A DNA stretch of 64,000 nt from Hyphomicrobiales bacterium. Lineage in GTDB: Bacteria; Pseudomonadota; Alphaproteobacteria; Rhizobiales; JACESI01. The stretch lies in NCBI GenBank assembly GCA_013911885.1, contig JACESI010000010.1:6781-70780 (forward strand), given 5' to 3'. Below the pieces are notes generated by a model. The model did no database searches, was not told the origin of the DNA, and saw nothing but the letters and a program-made list of their open reading frames with translations. Positions 13,356-25,115 of the stretch are shown here, one piece after another. A program made the translations under genes and the position numbers. The stretch's first letter is position 1. Each line of letters begins with the position of its first letter.

Positions 13356-15601
13356 CCTGCCTCTCCTCCAGCTTGTTGCGGTTTGCAACTGAGATAAAGT
13401 GTCGTGAGAGGCGGCAATTGCAGGACTGCCGCGCCATCCTCAGTTCTCACCACGCCGCCATTGCCGCCGTTCGAGCCGCCATAAGCAGCGGCATCGGTAT
13501 TCAGTATCTCGCGCCATTCTCCCGCGACTGGCAAGGGGATACGATAGTTTGCGCGCGGGATCGGGGTCAGATTGCTTACGACCACGATAGGCGGGGCTTT
13601 CGGCGCATGGCGCGCCCATGCGAAAACCGATTGGGCGGCATCATCGGCAACCAGCCACTCGAAGCCGTCTGCCTCACAGTCACGCTGATGCAGCGCAGGC
13701 AGCGACGTGTAGAGCCGGTTGAGATCGCGAACGAGATCGCGGACGCCGGCATGGGCGGGCGCATCGGTGAGATGCCAGTCAAGCGCGTGTTCTTCCGTCC
13801 ATTCGCGGCGCTGGGCGAATTCCTGACCCATGAACAGGAGCTTCTTGCCGGGATGGCCCCACATGAAGGCATAATAGGCCCGCAGCGACGCGAATTTCTG
13901 ACCGTCGTCGCCCGACATCTTGCTGAGGAGCGAGCCTTTGCCATGAACGACTTCGTCATGGCTGAGAGGCAGGACGAAATTTTCGCTGAAGCCGTAATGG
14001 ATCGCGAATGTCATCTCGTGGTGGTGGTATTTTCGATGGATCGGTTCGCGCGCCATATAGGCAAGGGTGTCGTTCATGAAGCCCATGTTCCATTTGAAGC
14101 CGAAGCCGAGACCGCCCGCATGCACCGGCGCGGTGACTTTCGGCCATGCGGTCGATTCCTCGGCAATCGTCATGCGCGCGGATCCCGCACCATAATAATC
14201 GCGGTTGAGCTCCTTCAGAAAAGCGACCGCCTCGAGATTTTCGCGTCCGCCCTCGCTGTTTGGCGCCCATTCGCCTTCCTTGCGTGAATAGTCGAGATAG
14301 AGCATCGAGGCCACCGCATCGACACGCAGCCCGTCGATATGGAAGACCTCCGACCAATAGAGCGCGTTGTTGATGAGGAAGGATTTCACCTCGGTGCGGC
14401 CAAAATTGTAGATCGCCGTGTGCCAGTCGGGGTGATAGCCCTTCGAGGCATCTTCATGCTCGTAAAGAGAGGTGCCGTCGAAGCGGGCGAGGCCGTGCTC
14501 GTCGAGCGGAAAATGTGCGGGCACCCAGTCGATGAACACGCCAAGCCCGGCACGGTGGGCGCCATCGACAAATCGCGCGAGCCCGGCCGGATCGCCGAAG
14601 CGGGCACTCGGCGCGAAGAGCCCCGTCGTCTGATAGCCCCACGACGGATCATAGGGATATTCCGACACCGGCATAAATTCGATATGGGTGAAACCCATGT
14701 CGACGCAATAAGGAATGAGCCGCGCGGCAAGCGTATCCCAGTCGAGGAACCCGCCATCGTCGTGGCGCTGCCAGGATGCGGCGTGAACTTCGTAAATCGC
14801 AACCGGCTGAGCGCGGGGATCGGCTTTCGACCAGAAATCGCAGTGCGCCGCGTCACCCCAGTCATGGTGCACTTTGCCCGCGGTGAGTGACGCGGTTTTC
14901 GGGCGGAGTTCCGAGCGAAAGGCAAAAGGGTCCGCCTTAAGGGGCAACTTGACACCGTTCTGCCCAAGGATTTCGTATTTATAGGCTTCGCCAGGACCCA
15001 GGTCCGGGACAAAGGCCTCAAAAACGCCGGTGCCGAGCCGCAGCCGCATAAGGTTGCGCCGACCATCCCAGCCATTGAAATCGCCAACCACGGAAACCCT
15101 CATGGCATTCGGCGCCCAGACGGCGAAATGAATGCCATCGACGCCCTCATGGCGGATCGGATGGGCTCCCATCTTGTCGAAAAGCCGCAGGTGGCGTCCT
15201 TCGGCGAACAGGTAATCATCCACCGGACCCAGGACGGGGCTGAAGGAATAAGGGTCTGTCACCCACCAGTCGCCGCCCTCATTGGCAGCGTGATAGCGCA
15301 GCGGCTGGCGTTTTCTGAGACGGGTTGAGCCGGTGAAAAAACCGCTTTGACCGACAGGCTGAAGGTCGGCTGCCTTGTGCCCGTCGAGCCTGTAGGCGCT
15401 GACTGTCCGGGCATCCGGTATGAAGCAGCGGGCATGCAACCTGCCCGCTGCTTCATGCAGGCCCAGAACGGCGAAAGGGTCACGGTGGGTTCCGCTGACG
15501 ATGGCATCGATTTCCGATCTTTCCGGAAAACAGGCTGGTTCGATTTGTGGCGTCTTCTGCCTTTTTACGGGCAATGGGTCGTCGGGTTTGGATTTCGCCA
15601 T
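13352..15601 (-). CDS. glgB: 1,4-alpha-glucan branching enzyme
   Basis: [37 protein letters not shown] and [10 protein letters not shown] motifs. Confidence 0.97.
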   Translation of the reverse strand: MAKSKPDDPLPVKRQKTPQIEPACFPERSEIDAIVSGTHRDPFAVLGLHEAAGRLHARCFIPDARTVSAYRLDGHKAADLQPVGQSGFFTGSTRLRKRQPLRYHAANEGGDWWVTDPYSFSPVLGPVDDYLFAEGRHLRLFDKMGAHPIRHEGVDGIHFAVWAPNAMRVSVVGDFNGWDGRRNLMRLRLGTGVFEAFVPDLGPGEAYKYEILGQNGVKLPLKADPFAFRSELRPKTASLTAGKVHHDWGDAAHCDFWSKADPRAQPVAIYEVHAASWQRHDDGGFLDWDTLAARLIPYCVDMGFTHIEFMPVSEYPYDPSWGYQTTGLFAPSARFGDPAGLARFVDGAHRAGLGVFIDWVPAHFPLDEHGLARFDGTSLYEHEDASKGYHPDWHTAIYNFGRTEVKSFLINNALYWSEVFHIDGLRVDAVASMLYLDYSRKEGEWAPNSEGGRENLEAVAFLKELNRDYYGAGSARMTIAEESTAWPKVTAPVHAGGLGFGFKWNMGFMNDTLAYMAREPIHRKYHHHEMTFAIHYGFSENFVLPLSHDEVVHGKGSLLSKMSGDDGQKFASLRAYYAFMWGHPGKKLLFMGQEFAQRREWTEEHALDWHLTDAPAHAGVRDLVRDLNRLYTSLPALHQRDCEADGFEWLVADDAAQSVFAWARHAPKAPPIVVVSNLTPIPRANYRIPLPVAGEWREILNTDAAAYGGSNGGNGGVVRTEDGAAVLQLPPLTTLYLSCKPQQAGGEAG

Positions 15602-15652
15602 CTTGTGACCCTTGGCGACGCGCGCCCTTGCGGGTTGGCCGCGCCGCGCATC

Positions 15653-18112
15653 TTACCGCGTTGAAACCTGCCAGATATCCTTCGCATAGTCGCGAATGGT
15701 ACGGTCGGCGGAGAACCATCCCATGCGTGCGGTGTTCAGTATAGCTTTTTCTGTCCATTTCTGCGGGGATTTCCAGAGCTGGTCGACATCGCGCTGGGCG
15801 CGGGCATAATCGGCGAAATCGTCGGTCACGAAGAACCAGTCATGGCTTTTGAGACCGTCGATGAGACCGGCATAGCGGGCCGGGTCATCGGGCGAGAAGG
15901 TGCCGCTTGCAATCGCCTTCAGGGCCTGAGCGAGGGCGGGCAAGGCGTCGATTGTCGCCGTCGGGTCACGCCCTGCTCTGCGTCGCGCGGCCACATCCTC
16001 GGCGGTGAGGCCAAAAATCAGGATATTTCCCGCGCCGACATGCTCGCGCATCTCGACATTGGCGCCGTCAAGGGTGCCGATGGTAAGCGCGCCATTGAGG
16101 GCAAATTTCATATTGCCGGTTCCCGAGGCTTCCATCCCGGCGGTCGATATCTGTTCAGAAAGATCAGCCGCCGGCACGATGACCTCGGCCATGCTGACAT
16201 TGTAATTCGGCATGAACACGACCTTGAGCAGGCCCGAGACCGACGGGTCGTCATTGACGACTTTTGCCACATCGTTTGCAAGTTTCACGATGAGCTTGGC
16301 ATTGTGATAGCTCGGCGCTGCCTTGCCCGCGAAAAGCTTCACACGGGGCACCCATTGCCGTTCGGGGTGGGCACGCATCTCGTCATAGAGTGCTACGGTC
16401 TCAATGATGTTGAGAAGCTGGCGCTTGTATTCGTGGATGCGCTTGATCTGAATATCGAAAAGAGCCGACGGATCGATCCTGATCCCGGTGCGCTTCTCGA
16501 CGAGGCGGGCGAGAGCTTCCTTGTTCTGGCGCTTGATCGCCTGGAAGCGGTTTTGAAAGGCGCTGTCGCGTGCGAATTTTTCCAGCCCGAGAAGCCGGGT
16601 CGCATCCTCCATCAAAGGTCCCGCGACCTCGGTTGCGAGCACATGAAGTTGAGGGTTGCTCTGCATCAGCCAACGGCGCGGCGTGATCCCGTTCGTCTTG
16701 TTGTTGATGCGCGCTGGATAAAGCGCATGGAGATCGGCAAAAACCGTCTCCTTCATGAGTTCGGTGTGAAGCGCGGAGACGCCGTTCACGGATTTCGAGC
16801 CCATGAAGGCAATATTGCCCATGCGCACTCGCCGCTCCCCGTTTTCATCGATGATCGAAAGCCGTGCGACCGCGCCGTCGTCGAAGCCCTGCTCGACCGC
16901 GCCGCGCAGCACATGGGCATTGACCGCGAAGATGAGCTGCATGTGGCGCGGCAGCATGCGCTCCAGAAGCGTGATCGGCCAGCTTTCAAGCGCCTCTGGC
17001 AGCAGCGTGTGGTTGGTATAGCTGAAGGTCGCCCCGGTGATTTTCCAGGCATCTTTGAAGTCAAGCCCGTGTTCATCGATGAGAAGGCGCAGCAGTTCAA
17101 TCACCGCAATCGCGGGATGGGTGTCATTGAGCTGGATGGCGACCTTGTCGGCAAGGTTTTCGACGCCCGGATTGGTTGCAAGATGCTGGCGCAGAATGTC
17201 GCTGAGCGATGCGGCGGAGAAGAAATATTCCTGCCTGAGGCGCAGTTCCTGACCGGCGAGATGAGAATCCGCCGGGTAGAGGACGCGGGTCACGGCTTCC
17301 GCCTTGTTGCGTTCTTCGAGCGCGCCGACATGGTCGCCCGCATTGAACTTATCGAGAAGGATTGGATCGACCGGGTTTGCCTCCCAAAGCCGCAGGGTAT
17401 TCACCCGTTTTGCCTGCCAGCCCACAATCGGCGTATCAAAGGCGGTCGCGATCATGCGTTCGGCCGGCTTCCAGCGATAGCGCGCAACGCCCGACGGGGT
17501 AAAGCCATCCGGCATGACAGTGCCGCCGAAGCCGATTTCGTAAGAGGCCTCGCGACGCTCGAATTCCCACGGATTGCCGTGGACCAGCCATTCTTCCGGC
17601 AGCTCGATCTGCCAGCCATCGGCCATCTCCTGACGGAACAGGCCATGATGATAGCGGATGCCATAGCCACAGGCGGCGATATCGACACTTGCCATGGCTT
17701 CCATGAAACAGGCAGCAAGCCGCCCGAGACCGCCATTGCCGAGCGCGGCATCGGGTTCGAGTGCCGCGATCAGGTCGAGATCGACCCCGAGCGAGCCGAG
17801 GGCTGCGCTGAAATCCTCCTGCAATTCGAGATTGGTTACCGCATCGCGCAGGAGGCGTCCGATCAGGAATTCGAGCGACAGATAACAGACCTGTTTCGCC
17901 CCGGATTGCCGCGCCGCCTCGCCGGAGGCAATCCACCGGTCCACAATGCGGTCGCGCACGGTGAGAACGGTGGCGCCGAGCCAGTCATGGGCTTGCGCTG
18001 CTGCCGGTGCCTTGCCGGATTTATAGGTCAGCCGGTGCAGAATATCCGCGGCGATCGTCTTTTGCCGTTCGGTGAGGTCAGGGGAGGGCGCGGTGGTTTT
18101 GATGCGTTGCAA
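15653..18112 (-). CDS. glgP: glycogen phosphorylase
   Basis: LGNGGLGRLAAC, QLNDTHP, KRIHEYKRQ and EASGTGNMK (PLP lysine) motifs; TTG start is tentative. Confidence 0.97.
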   Translation of the reverse strand: MQRIKTTAPSPDLTERQKTIAADILHRLTYKSGKAPAAAQAHDWLGATVLTVRDRIVDRWIASGEAARQSGAKQVCYLSLEFLIGRLLRDAVTNLELQEDFSAALGSLGVDLDLIAALEPDAALGNGGLGRLAACFMEAMASVDIAACGYGIRYHHGLFRQEMADGWQIELPEEWLVHGNPWEFERREASYEIGFGGTVMPDGFTPSGVARYRWKPAERMIATAFDTPIVGWQAKRVNTLRLWEANPVDPILLDKFNAGDHVGALEERNKAEAVTRVLYPADSHLAGQELRLRQEYFFSAASLSDILRQHLATNPGVENLADKVAIQLNDTHPAIAVIELLRLLIDEHGLDFKDAWKITGATFSYTNHTLLPEALESWPITLLERMLPRHMQLIFAVNAHVLRGAVEQGFDDGAVARLSIIDENGERRVRMGNIAFMGSKSVNGVSALHTELMKETVFADLHALYPARINNKTNGITPRRWLMQSNPQLHVLATEVAGPLMEDATRLLGLEKFARDSAFQNRFQAIKRQNKEALARLVEKRTGIRIDPSALFDIQIKRIHEYKRQLLNIIETVALYDEMRAHPERQWVPRVKLFAGKAAPSYHNAKLIVKLANDVAKVVNDDPSVSGLLKVVFMPNYNVSMAEVIVPAADLSEQISTAGMEASGTGNMKFALNGALTIGTLDGANVEMREHVGAGNILIFGLTAEDVAARRRAGRDPTATIDALPALAQALKAIASGTFSPDDPARYAGLIDGLKSHDWFFVTDDFADYARAQRDVDQLWKSPQKWTEKAILNTARMGWFSADRTIRDYAKDIWQVSTR

Positions 18113-18189
18113 GGCCTTGGGTCACTTTCGGATTCTGGAACGGTCGAAGCGGGAGGAGGTGCCGTCCTGTCTGATAGAACAGCGATATG

Positions 18190-18313
18190 CTGTGCGGTGC
18201 AACATCAAAAATCGGCAGGCGCGGGCGCATCCGGTCTTTTGGTGGTTTGGTTATGGCAACGCTGAGGCGCGGCGAGGTGCAAGCAACGATTGGATGCGCA
18301 ATTGTGCATTGCA
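18190..18313. promoter_or_regulatory. two PhaR/AniA-type TGC-N3-GCA boxes in the divergent intergenic region
   Basis: Minus strand TGCACCGCACAG (18190-18201) and TGCAATGCACAA (18302-18313) match the recalled rhizobial PhaR consensus TGCRNYGCASMA at 11/12 and 12/12. Confidence 0.55.
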
Positions 18314-18414
18314 ATCATTTGTGAGACGCTGGATCGAGAAGAGACGCAGAAATAGCCTCGGCAATCGCCCTGTTCCGGCGCATGATTTTCACCCCGTTAA
18401 TGATCAGGAGCCTT

Positions 18415-21400
18415 ATGTCCATCAAAGCTGCCGTGCATCACCTCACGCATTACCGCTATGACCGTCCGGTTATCCTTGGTCCGCAGATTGTCCGTTTTCG
18501 CCCCGCGCCGCATAGTCGCACCCGCGTGATTTCACATTCGCTGAAGGTGACGCCTGCCAATCATTTCGTGAACCACCAGCAGGACCCCTACGGCAACTGG
18601 CTCTCGCGCTATGTGTTTCCCGAACCCGTCCGCGAGTTCAAGATCGAGGTCGATCTCATCGCCGACATGACGGTTTATAATCCGTTCGACTTTTTTGTCG
18701 AGGAAGCAGCCGAGGAATGGCCGTTCGACTATGGTGCGGATATCAGCCCCGATCTCGTGATCTACCGCAAGGCAGAACCGATCGAGCCGATGCTTGCGAC
18801 TTTCATGCAAAGCATCGACCGCACGCCTCAGCGGACAATCGACTTCGTGGTCAATCTCAATGCCCGGCTTGCCCGGGAAATCGGCTATGTCATCCGCATG
18901 GAGCCGGGGGTTCAGACACCGCAGGAAACTTTTGAGACCGGCAAGGGCTCCTGCCGCGATACCAGCTGGCTGCTCGTCCAGATATTGCGCAATCTCGGAC
19001 TGGCGGCGCGCTTTGTCTCGGGCTACCTCGTTCAGTTGAAGCCCGATCTCGTTTCGCTGGATGGTCCGGCGGGGACAGATCATGATTTCACCGATCTTCA
19101 TGCCTGGTGCGAGGTCTATCTGCCGGGCGCGGGCTGGATCGGCCTTGATCCGACGTCCGGTCTGCTCACGGGCGAGAGCCATATCCCGCTCGCGGCAACA
19201 CCGCATTTCAGCAATGCCGCGCCGATTTCCGGCGTTGCAAGCGCTGCCGAGGTCGACTTCAGTTTCGACATGAGGGTGACACGCGTTGCCGAGCATCCGC
19301 GCATCACCAAGCCATTTTCCGACGAATCCTGGGCTGCGCTCGACGCCCTTGGCAAGAAGGTCGACCACGACCTCGTGGCCGACGATGTCCGCCTGACCAT
19401 GGGCGGCGAGCCGACCTTTGTTTCCATCGATGATTTCGAAGCGGAGGAATGGAACACCGACGCTGTTGGCCCGACCAAGCGGGGCCTTGCCGACCGGTTG
19501 ATCCGGCGCCTGCGCGACCGTTTCGCGCCGCAGGGCTTCCTGCATTATGGTCAGGGCAAATGGTATCCGGGTGAAACCCTGCCGCGATGGACCTTCTCGC
19601 TCTATTGGCGGCGCGACGGCAAGCCGGTCTGGTCAAACGCTGCCCTCGTTGCCGAGGAAGGCAAGCAGACGGAGGCGACCGCAGAAGACGCTGAAAAGCT
19701 TTTGCGCAGATTCGCGGTAGAAATTGGCGTCAGTGACGACTTCGTCGTGCCGGCCTATGAGGATCCCGCGCACTGGATCATCAAGGAGGCGAGCCTCCCA
19801 GAAAACGTGACGCCAGAAAACTCCAAGCTCGAAGACCTTGAAGAGCGGCACAGAATTGCGCGTGTCTTCGCGCGCGGTCTGACCAGGCCGTCGGCTTTCG
19901 TTCTGCCGGTCCAGCGCTGGCAGGCGCAATCATCCGGCCCGCGCTGGCGCTCGGAGCGCTGGAAAACACGGCGCGGCAATCTCTTTCTCGTGCCTGGTGA
20001 CAGCCCGGTCGGATACCGCCTGCCGCTCGGCACCCTGCCCTATGTTCCACCCTCGCAATATCCTTATGTGAACATTGCCGATCCGACAGTTCCGCGCGGT
20101 CCGCTGCCGGATTATGCAGCAGGCGATGATGAAGCGGCTCCGGACAGAACGAACCGTCCCCAGGCAACGGCGTCTTTCACGGCCTCGGAGCCGGGGCAGG
20201 AGCGTAACGAGCAAACCGTCCGGGACCTCGACGGTTCGGTCAGAACCGCCGTGTCCATCGAACTGCGTGACGGCAGGCTCTGTGTCTTCATGCCGCCGGT
20301 GGAACGTCTCGAGGATTATCTCGACCTGATCGCGGCGGCGGAACGCTCCGCCAAGGTGCTGAATGTGCCGATCCATATTGAAGGTTATGGGCCGCCAACG
20401 GACCCTCGGCTCAATGTCATTCGCGTTGCCCCTGATCCCGGCGTGATCGAAGTCAATATTCACCCGGCAGAAAATTGGGCTGATTGCGTCGCCATCACGC
20501 AAGCGGTTTATGAGGCCGCGCGTCTGACGCGCCTTGGTGCTGATAAATTCATGATCGATGGCAAACATACCGGCACCGGTGGTGGCAATCATGTCGTTGT
20601 CGGCGGGGCGACGCCGCTCGACAGCCCGTTCCTGCGCCGCCCGGATCTGCTCAAGAGCCTTATCCTTTTCTGGCAGCGCCATCCGAGCCTTTCCTATCTG
20701 TTTTCCGGGCTTTTCATCGGTCCGACCAGTCAGGCGCCCCGGATCGACGAAGCACGGCATGATGTGCTTTATGAGCTTGAAATCGCGCTTTCCCAGATCC
20801 CCGCGCCGGACCATGGCGATGCGCCCCTGCCCTGGCGGGTGGACAGGCTCCTGCGTAACATGCTGACCGATGTCACCGGCAACACGCATCGGGCGGAAAT
20901 CTGCATCGACAAGCTCTATTCGCCGGACGGGCCGACCGGGCGCCTCGGTCTGATCGAGTTTCGCGGTTTCGAAATGCCGCCCAATCCGCGCATGAGCCTT
21001 GCGCAGCAGCTTCTTATCCGCGCGATCATTGCCCGGCTCTGGAAAAGGCCGCTCGACGGCAAATTCACCCGCTGGGGCACTGCGCTGCATGACCGTTTCA
21101 TGCTGCCTGCCATGGTCTGGCGGGATTTCGAGGGCGTGCTCGCAGACCTCAGGGAACATGGTTACCCGTTCAGGCCTGAATGGTACGAGGCGCAGTTCGA
21201 ATTTCGATTCCCGTTCTGCGGCGAAATTGAGCGGGAGGGCGTTTTGCTCGAAATCCGTCAGGCGCTGGAACCCTGGCATGTGCTGGGAGAAACCGGCGCG
21301 ATCGGCGGCACGGTGCGCTATACGGACAGTTCCACCGAACGGCTTCAGGTCAGGATAGAAGCACCCGATCCGGAACGCTATAGCGTGACCTGCAACAGGC

Positions 21401-21759
21401 GCTCTGTCCCACTCCATCCAATCGGGCAGAACGGCGTTTCGGTTGGCGGCGTGCGCTATAAGGCGTGGCAGCCCGCGAACGCGCTCCACCCGGTGCTGCC
21501 GGTTGATGCACCGCTGGTGTTCGACATCTACGACACCTGGAACAAGCGTTCGATTGGCGGTTGTGTCTATCATGTCGCCCATCCGGGCGGGCGCAACTAC
21601 GAAACCTTTCCTGTGAACGGCAACGAGGCGGAAGCACGGCGGCTTGCGCGGTTTGAGCCAAACGGACATACTCCGGCAGGTTTTACGCCCCCACCGGAAA
21701 TGCCGCATCCCGAGTTTCCGATGACGCTTGATCTCCGGCGGGTGGTGTCACAGGGGTAA
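18415..21759 (+). CDS. transglutaminase-like domain fused to DUF2126 putative amidoligase
   Basis: Triad GSCRD / DLHAW / GLDPT, then [33 protein letters not shown] and LIEFRGFEM; AGGAG precedes ATG 18415. Confidence 0.92.
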   Translation: MSIKAAVHHLTHYRYDRPVILGPQIVRFRPAPHSRTRVISHSLKVTPANHFVNHQQDPYGNWLSRYVFPEPVREFKIEVDLIADMTVYNPFDFFVEEAAEEWPFDYGADISPDLVIYRKAEPIEPMLATFMQSIDRTPQRTIDFVVNLNARLAREIGYVIRMEPGVQTPQETFETGKGSCRDTSWLLVQILRNLGLAARFVSGYLVQLKPDLVSLDGPAGTDHDFTDLHAWCEVYLPGAGWIGLDPTSGLLTGESHIPLAATPHFSNAAPISGVASAAEVDFSFDMRVTRVAEHPRITKPFSDESWAALDALGKKVDHDLVADDVRLTMGGEPTFVSIDDFEAEEWNTDAVGPTKRGLADRLIRRLRDRFAPQGFLHYGQGKWYPGETLPRWTFSLYWRRDGKPVWSNAALVAEEGKQTEATAEDAEKLLRRFAVEIGVSDDFVVPAYEDPAHWIIKEASLPENVTPENSKLEDLEERHRIARVFARGLTRPSAFVLPVQRWQAQSSGPRWRSERWKTRRGNLFLVPGDSPVGYRLPLGTLPYVPPSQYPYVNIADPTVPRGPLPDYAAGDDEAAPDRTNRPQATASFTASEPGQERNEQTVRDLDGSVRTAVSIELRDGRLCVFMPPVERLEDYLDLIAAAERSAKVLNVPIHIEGYGPPTDPRLNVIRVAPDPGVIEVNIHPAENWADCVAITQAVYEAARLTRLGADKFMIDGKHTGTGGGNHVVVGGATPLDSPFLRRPDLLKSLILFWQRHPSLSYLFSGLFIGPTSQAPRIDEARHDVLYELEIALSQIPAPDHGDAPLPWRVDRLLRNMLTDVTGNTHRAEICIDKLYSPDGPTGRLGLIEFRGFEMPPNPRMSLAQQLLIRAIIARLWKRPLDGKFTRWGTALHDRFMLPAMVWRDFEGVLADLREHGYPFRPEWYEAQFEFRFPFCGEIEREGVLLEIRQALEPWHVLGETGAIGGTVRYTDSSTERLQVRIEAPDPERYSVTCNRRSVPLHPIGQNGVSVGGVRYKAWQPANALHPVLPVDAPLVFDIYDTWNKRSIGGCVYHVAHPGGRNYETFPVNGNEAEARRLARFEPNGHTPAGFTPPPEMPHPEFPMTLDLRRVVSQG

Positions 21760-21771
21760 GACGAAAATACC

Positions 21772-24183
21772 ATGCCGCTGCCGCGCTCCAGTACACACGA
21801 CAATCGTCTTGACCGGTTGCTGAAAGGCTACCGGCCACTTGATAGTGTTCCAGACGAACTGATTGACGGCAATGGCGCGGTTCGGCCGGTCTGGACAAGC
21901 CTTCTCCAGTCCATTGCGGGCATGAGCGAGGAGGAGATTTCGCTTCGCATCGGACGGGGCAAGCAATATCTGAGTGATGCCGGTGTCTATTATCGGCAAT
22001 ATAACGCGGCTGGAACCAGCGAGCGCGAATGGCCGCTCAGCCCGTTGCCGGTTCTGATCGACGAGGATGAGTGGCAGGAGATCACCGCAGGGCTGATCCA
22101 GCGAGCCGATCTTCTCGAGAAAGTTGTGGCCGATCTTTATGGCGATAACACGCTGGTTGCGAAGGGCCATCTGCCGGCGTCGCTGATTTCGAACAATCGG
22201 GAATGGCTTCGCCCTCTCGTCGGCATCAAGCCGCGCTCCGGTTCGTTCCTGCATTTTATCGCGATGGATATCGGTCGTGGTCCCGGTGGCGAATGGTGGG
22301 TGCTTGGTGACCGCACGCAGGCGCCGTCAGGAGCCGGCTTTGCGCTGGAAAACAGGATCGCGACCGCAAGGATTTATTCCGAGCTTTTCGGTCGTTCCAA
22401 TGTGCACCGTCTTGCAGGTTTTTTCCGGCATTTCCGCGATTCGCTGATGGATCTGCGCAATGGCGACGAGAGCCGGGTCGGCATCCTCACCCCCGGTCCG
22501 ATGAACGATACCTATTTCGAACATGCCTATATCGCCCGCTATCTCGGTTTCGTCCTGCTTGAGGGCGAGGACATGACCATGCGCAATGGCCAGTTGATGG
22601 TGCGCACCGTTGACGGACTGCGCCCGATCAGCGTGCTCTGGCGGCGGCTCGATTCGTTTTGGGCCGATCCGCTCGAACTTCATGAGAAGTCACGGATCGG
22701 GACGGCTGGCATGCTTGAGGCAGTGCGCGAGGGCAATCTGACAATGGTCAATGCGCTCGGATCCGGCATTCTGGAGACCCGGGCGCTGCTCGCCTTCCTG
22801 CCGCGTATTTCGCAAGCCCTGCTCCGTGAGGAATTGCGGATGCCGAACATTGCGACCTGGTGGTGCGGGCAGCCGACTGAATGCGACTTTGTCAAGAAAA
22901 ACGCGCATCGCATGACCATCGGCAATGCCTATGCGACGCGGTTTCTGTTTGATCATGACGACATTTCCGCCGTAGGGGGTACCTTTAACCAGTCTGTTTC
23001 GGAAAGCCTGAGCAATTGGATCGACCAGAATGGCGACCATCTGGTTGGCCAGGAATCGGTTCATCTTTCGACCACACCGTCGCTTGAGGATGGCGTGATC
23101 GTGCCGCGACCGATGAGCCTCAGGGTGTTTCTTGCCCGCACGTCCGATGGCTGGACGGTGATGCCCGGCGGCTTCGCCCGGATTGGCCGGACCGGAAACT
23201 CAGCCGCCCTTGCCGTGCAGAATGGCGGAACGGCAGCGGATGTATGGATTGTCAGCAAGGCGCCTGTGCGCAACGAGACAATGCTTCTCGACCCGACGGC
23301 GACGCAGTTCGTGCGCCAGAAGCCCGGCGTGCTGCCGAGCCGTGCCGCCGACAATCTTTTCTGGCTCGGGCGCTATGTCGAGCGGAGCGAAACCATTATC
23401 CGGCTGTTGCGGGCCTATCATCTGCGGCTCGCGGAAGCCGATTCTGGTGGAACTCCACTGCTGCGCGCCATCGCTGCACATCTCGACCGCGTTGGCGTTG
23501 TCGTGGATGAAAAAGGCCTGCCCGCGGCGGTAATCGACAATCTTGCTGCGGCTGTTGCGGCTGCCGCCCATATCCGTGACCGGTTCTCAATGGATGGCAC
23601 TGTCGCGCTCAACGACATTTCAAAAACGGTGCGGCAGATGAAAAACACGGTTGCGGCTGGAGATGACATGGCCCGCGCGATGAGTGTGCTGTTGCGCAAA
23701 CTCTCAGGATTTTCCGGCCTGGTGCATGAAAACATGTACCGGTTCACCGGCTGGCGTTTTCTCAATATTGGCCGTGCGATCGAGCGGGCAGCGTCGCTCA
23801 CATCGCTGCTTGCCAGTTTTGCGGATTCCGCAGCGCCCGAAGGAAGCCTCGATTTCGCAATCGAGATTGCCGACAGCGCGATGAGCCACCGCCGCCGCTA
23901 TGCCGTTTCAACCAACCGCTCGACTGTCGTGGATCTTCTGGGCCTTGATCCGCTCAATCCGCGCTCGGTCATGTATCAGCTGCGCGAAATCAGCGATCAT
24001 GTCTCCTATCTTCCAGGAACGGAAACGCATCGGCAATTGCAGCCCTTCCAGCGGACATTGCTGCAATCGGAGACCAATCTCGCAATGATGGTGCCGGAAA
24101 AACTCACAACCAGGGCCTTGATCAAACTTGGTCTGCGCCTCGGTCGTCTGTCGGACGAACTCACAACCGCTTACATGCGGTAG
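21772..24183 (+). CDS. circularly permuted ATP-grasp type 2 fused to alpha-E (DUF403) domain
   Basis: DRTQAPSGAGFALENR, YFEHAYIARYLG, VNALGSG and VMPGG motifs, then LPSRAADNLFWLGRYVER, GWRFLNIGRAIER and NPRSV alpha-E motifs. Confidence 0.92.
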   Translation: MPLPRSSTHDNRLDRLLKGYRPLDSVPDELIDGNGAVRPVWTSLLQSIAGMSEEEISLRIGRGKQYLSDAGVYYRQYNAAGTSEREWPLSPLPVLIDEDEWQEITAGLIQRADLLEKVVADLYGDNTLVAKGHLPASLISNNREWLRPLVGIKPRSGSFLHFIAMDIGRGPGGEWWVLGDRTQAPSGAGFALENRIATARIYSELFGRSNVHRLAGFFRHFRDSLMDLRNGDESRVGILTPGPMNDTYFEHAYIARYLGFVLLEGEDMTMRNGQLMVRTVDGLRPISVLWRRLDSFWADPLELHEKSRIGTAGMLEAVREGNLTMVNALGSGILETRALLAFLPRISQALLREELRMPNIATWWCGQPTECDFVKKNAHRMTIGNAYATRFLFDHDDISAVGGTFNQSVSESLSNWIDQNGDHLVGQESVHLSTTPSLEDGVIVPRPMSLRVFLARTSDGWTVMPGGFARIGRTGNSAALAVQNGGTAADVWIVSKAPVRNETMLLDPTATQFVRQKPGVLPSRAADNLFWLGRYVERSETIIRLLRAYHLRLAEADSGGTPLLRAIAAHLDRVGVVVDEKGLPAAVIDNLAAAVAAAAHIRDRFSMDGTVALNDISKTVRQMKNTVAAGDDMARAMSVLLRKLSGFSGLVHENMYRFTGWRFLNIGRAIERAASLTSLLASFADSAAPEGSLDFAIEIADSAMSHRRRYAVSTNRSTVVDLLGLDPLNPRSVMYQLREISDHVSYLPGTETHRQLQPFQRTLLQSETNLAMMVPEKLTTRALIKLGLRLGRLSDELTTAYMR

Positions 24184-24192
24184 GAGGTCCGG

Positions 24193-25071
24193 GTGCTTTA
24201 TGATGTCTCCCTTACGATTGATTATTCCTATGATAACAGGGCAGGAACGAGCCGCCATATCATTCGTCTTCTGCCGGCGGATCTGCCCGGCGAACAAAGG
24301 CTGATTGCGGGCACTGTTTCGGCGACGCCAAAGGCGGATGAATGGATCAACCGAACCGATTTTTTCGGTAACCGGTTGGTTGAGGTCGCTTTTTTCGAAG
24401 ATCATGACGACATCAGTTTCAGAGCTCAGTCACGCGTCGAGCGCTATAAGGCTATGGATGAACTCGAAATGACACCGCGCGTCTCGGCTCTCGGGCGGGA
24501 CATTGCCACGCAAACAGACCTCTCCGCCCTCTCGCCGCACCATTTTGTTGGACCTTCGCCGCGTGTTCCGCTCGAGCTGGCAACCACGGCCTATGCGCTG
24601 GAGCGGATCAAGGATGATCCGTCCGTGCTTGAGGCGGTCGCGCTGATCGGGGCTGGCCTCCACCGCGATCTTGCCTATGATCCGAAGGCAACCAATGTCG
24701 AAACGCCGATGCTCACCGCTTTCAACGGCAGGCACGGGGTCTGTCAGGATTTTGCGCATATCATGATTGCCTGCCTGCGCGGTGTGGGCATTCCGTCCGG
24801 ATATGTCAGCGGATTTCTACGCACGGTACCGCCTGAGGGCAAGCCCCGGCTCGAGGGCGCGGATGCCATGCATGCCTGGGTGCGGGCGTGGTGCGGTGTC
24901 GAACGCGGCTGGGTCGAGTATGATCCGACCAATGCGGTCTTTGTCGATCTTGACCATATCGTGATCGCGCGTGGGCGGGATTATTTCGATGTCGCGCCGG
25001 TCAAAGGCGTTTTGCGTACATCGGGCAGCCATAGCACCAAACAGGCTGTTGATGTTGTTCCGGTTGTGTGA
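24193..25071 (+). CDS. transglutaminase-family protein
   Basis: DFFGN N-domain; GVCQDFAH, MHAW, YDPTN triad; GRDYFDVAP; GGAGG precedes GTG. Confidence 0.92.
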   Translation: MLYDVSLTIDYSYDNRAGTSRHIIRLLPADLPGEQRLIAGTVSATPKADEWINRTDFFGNRLVEVAFFEDHDDISFRAQSRVERYKAMDELEMTPRVSALGRDIATQTDLSALSPHHFVGPSPRVPLELATTAYALERIKDDPSVLEAVALIGAGLHRDLAYDPKATNVETPMLTAFNGRHGVCQDFAHIMIACLRGVGIPSGYVSGFLRTVPPEGKPRLEGADAMHAWVRAWCGVERGWVEYDPTNAVFVDLDHIVIARGRDYFDVAPVKGVLRTSGSHSTKQAVDVVPVV

Positions 25072-25115
25072 CCGGCTTGCATGTCCTTCAGGCTCTTCTG
25101 AACGTTCCAGCTAAC

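Noticed and set aside
15842-18265. 807-aa plus-strand ORF antisense to glgP, and similar long ORFs at 10825-12066, 19930-21708 and 34313-35749
   Set aside because: Shadow frames of GC-rich genes with no recognisable motifs; the opposite strand holds well-conserved enzymes.
18201-18270. NtrC site or sigma54 promoter for the ligase operon
   Set aside because: Only a half-site resemblance, and no correctly spaced TGGCA/TTGC pair.
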